A DNA stretch of 49,414 nucleotides from Pirellulales bacterium. Its GTDB lineage: Bacteria > Planctomycetota > Planctomycetia > Pirellulales > UBA1268. The DNA lies in contig JBIIUP010000001.1 of the NCBI GenBank assembly GCA_044339885.1, positions 1 through 49,414 on the forward strand, given 5' to 3'. Under the pieces are notes generated by a model, which saw nothing but the letters and a program-made list of their open reading frames with translations, ran no database searches and was not told the DNA's origin. Every line of letters starts with the position of its first letter. Position 1 is the first letter of the stretch. Below, piece by piece: positions 47,955 to 49,414 of the stretch. Both the position numbers and the translations under genes were made by a program.

Positions 47955-48200
47955 GCTTCGGGGTTGCCCGTGCCCTGGAGCCCGGCCTTGCTGGCCAGCG
48001 GAGCCAAGGGCACCGATCCGCCGCAGGCGGATTGGTCTGCGGAGCGCAGCCAGCACGGAGTGAGCGCAGGCCCGGAGGGCCGGAGTGAACGTCCGGGCGA
48101 GAGGGCACGGGCAACCCCGGCCCACAGGAGCCGACTTCAAAAAACCGCAGTTCAAAGGGCAGTGAACGTCCGGGCGAGAGGGCACGGGCAACCCCGGCCT
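47955..48200. repeat. composite palindromic intergenic repeat, locus C (one left arm, duplicated right arm)
   Basis: Left arm GGGGTTGCCCGTGCCCT at 47960-47976. Right arm AGGGCACGGGCAACCCC at 48102-48118 and again at 48179-48195. 37-nt perfect direct repeat AGTGAACGTCCGGGCGAGAGGGCACGGGCAACCCCGG at 48084-48120 and 48161-48197. The first 41 nt and last about 70 nt are nearly identical to locus A. Confidence 0.85.
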
Positions 48201-48308
48201 CGAAGAGTCGGCCTCGTCGCCCGGCGGGGCTTTTACGGGTCGCCGGCGGCTGCCAGATTACCGGGGTTCCGGTTCCCGCCCGCGTCCTCACCGTTCCTGG
48301 AAACCACC

Positions 48309-49414
48309 ATGGCCCGCACGAAGCCCGCGCCCGAGTCCCGCACCCGTCCCGCGCGGCCCACCGCCCCGCCGGAGCCCGACCTGCAGACGGCCCGCCGGAT
48401 CGTGCTCGACCTGCTCGGCATCCCGGGCCCGTCCGGCCGTGAGAAGGCGGTCGCCGAGCGGATCGTGAAGTGGCTCCGCGACGCCGGCTGTCCGGCCAGC
48501 TCCATCGCCTTCGACACGGCGCACACCAAGACGCCGATCAAGGGCGAGGTGGGCAACCTCATCGTGAAGCTGCCCGGCACCGTGGCCGGGGACCGCCGGC
48601 TGCTCATGGCCCACATGGACACCGTCCCGGTCTGCGTGGGGGCCAAGCCCGTCGTCGCGGGGCGGTTCGTGAAGAGCTCCGACCGGACGACGGGGCTCGG
48701 GGGCGACGACCGCGCGGGCGTCGCCGTCGTGCTCGCGACGGCGGTCGAGATCCTGCGCCGGTCGCTGCCCCATCCACCGCTCACCCTCCTGTTCGCGGTC
48801 CAGGAGGAGGTCGGCCTGTACGGCGCACGCTTCGTGAAGGCGGCCGACCTGGGCCGCCCCAGGCTGGCGTTCAACTTCGACGGCGGGGCGCCCGAGAAGC
48901 TCACCGTGGGGGCCACGGGCGGCTACCGCATGGACATCGCCATCGACGGCATTCCCAGCCACGCCGGCGTGGCCCCGGAGAAGGGCGTCTCGGCGATCGC
49001 CATCGCGTCGCTGGCGATCGCCAGCCTCGTGGAGGGCGGCTGGCACGGCCTCGTGGAGAAGGGGGGCAAGCGGGGCACGAGCAACGTCGGCGTGATCCAG
49101 GCCGGCGCCGCCACGAACGTGGTGGCCGAATCGGCCCGGCTGCGGGCCGAGGCCCGCGGCCACGATCCGGCTTTCCGCGGGCGGATCGTCAAGGCCATCG
49201 AGAAGGCCTTCACCGACGCGGCCCGGAAACTGCGGAACGTCGACGGGAGGACGGGCAAGGTCTCGTTCGACGGCCGGCTCGACTACGAGGCCTTCCGCCT
49301 CGATGCCGACGAGCCCTGCGTCGTGGCCGCGCGGGGGGCCGTGCAGGGAGTCGGCCTGACGCCGAGGCTCGACATCTCCAACGGCGGCCTCGACGCCAAT
49401 TGGATGGCGGCCAA
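48309..49414 (+). CDS. M20-family metallopeptidase (peptidase T-like), C-terminus beyond the window
   Basis: Translated by hand from ATG 48309; absent from the ORF track because it has no stop in the window. GPSGREKAVAERI ... LLMAHMDTVP ... GGDDRAGVAVVL ... LLFAVQEEVGLYGA ... GIPSHAGVAPEKG ... NVGVIQAGAATNVV are M20/M42 metal-binding and dimerisation-domain motifs. Confidence 0.85.
   Translation, partial: MARTKPAPESRTRPARPTAPPEPDLQTARRIVLDLLGIPGPSGREKAVAERIVKWLRDAGCPASSIAFDTAHTKTPIKGEVGNLIVKLPGTVAGDRRLLMAHMDTVPVCVGAKPVVAGRFVKSSDRTTGLGGDDRAGVAVVLATAVEILRRSLPHPPLTLLFAVQEEVGLYGARFVKAADLGRPRLAFNFDGGAPEKLTVGATGGYRMDIAIDGIPSHAGVAPEKGVSAIAIASLAIASLVEGGWHGLVEKGGKRGTSNVGVIQAGAATNVVAESARLRAEARGHDPAFRGRIVKAIEKAFTDAARKLRNVDGRTGKVSFDGRLDYEAFRLDADEPCVVAARGAVQGVGLTPRLDISNGGLDANWMAA

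Noticed and set aside
48084-48197. CRISPR-like geometry: two perfect 37-nt repeats separated by a 40-nt spacer
   Set aside because: There are only two copies. The same 35 nt occur as part of the larger palindromic element at locus A. The repeat pairs with an upstream inverted arm. No cas genes or leader are in the window. It is better explained as a duplicated arm of the intergenic repeat.

Overview
Very GC-rich (roughly 70% by eye, not computed) bacterial chromosomal segment. It is densely coding and mostly housekeeping. Gene content (long-form PstC/PstA, ECF sigma factor, DUF11 and LysM secreted proteins, DUF3417-type glucan phosphorylase) is compatible with Planctomycetota or a similarly GC-rich lineage, but that is inference only.

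Gene order, left to right:
- pstS-pstC-pstA-pstB-phoU phosphate uptake operon (minus strand)
- rpe, a degenerate histidine-phosphatase-fold gene, accD, a pterin carbinolamine dehydratase, folC
- an S41 protease, glgC, a LysM protein, an MscS-like channel
- an ECF sigma factor, a 2OG-oxygenase-like gene, two divergent phosphohexomutases
- a GT39 glycosyltransferase, an HhH-less uvrC, glgP, a GT9 heptosyltransferase, ligA
- an HTTM-like membrane gene pair, tRNA-Ala(GGC), a class IV aminotransferase
- a microbial rhodopsin followed by a Brp/Blh-type retinal synthase and dedA
- a minus-strand array def-fmt-miaB-glnE
- pgpA, a GT4-N-terminal-like ORF, and a partial M20 peptidase

Main candidates for a second look:
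1. The rhodopsin-blh cassette. Its helix-C motif reads D-T-K, with lysine where proton pumps normally carry a carboxylate donor. I know this from Exiguobacterium sibiricum rhodopsin but cannot confirm how widespread it is.
2. A family of composite palindromic intergenic repeats at three loci (about 19.4-19.8 kb, 34.1-34.3 kb and 47.95-48.2 kb), each sitting at a gene 3' end.

Many very long ORFs in the supplied track are antisense shadow ORFs typical of GC-rich DNA and were rejected. All homology calls come from motif recognition by eye; no searches were run.
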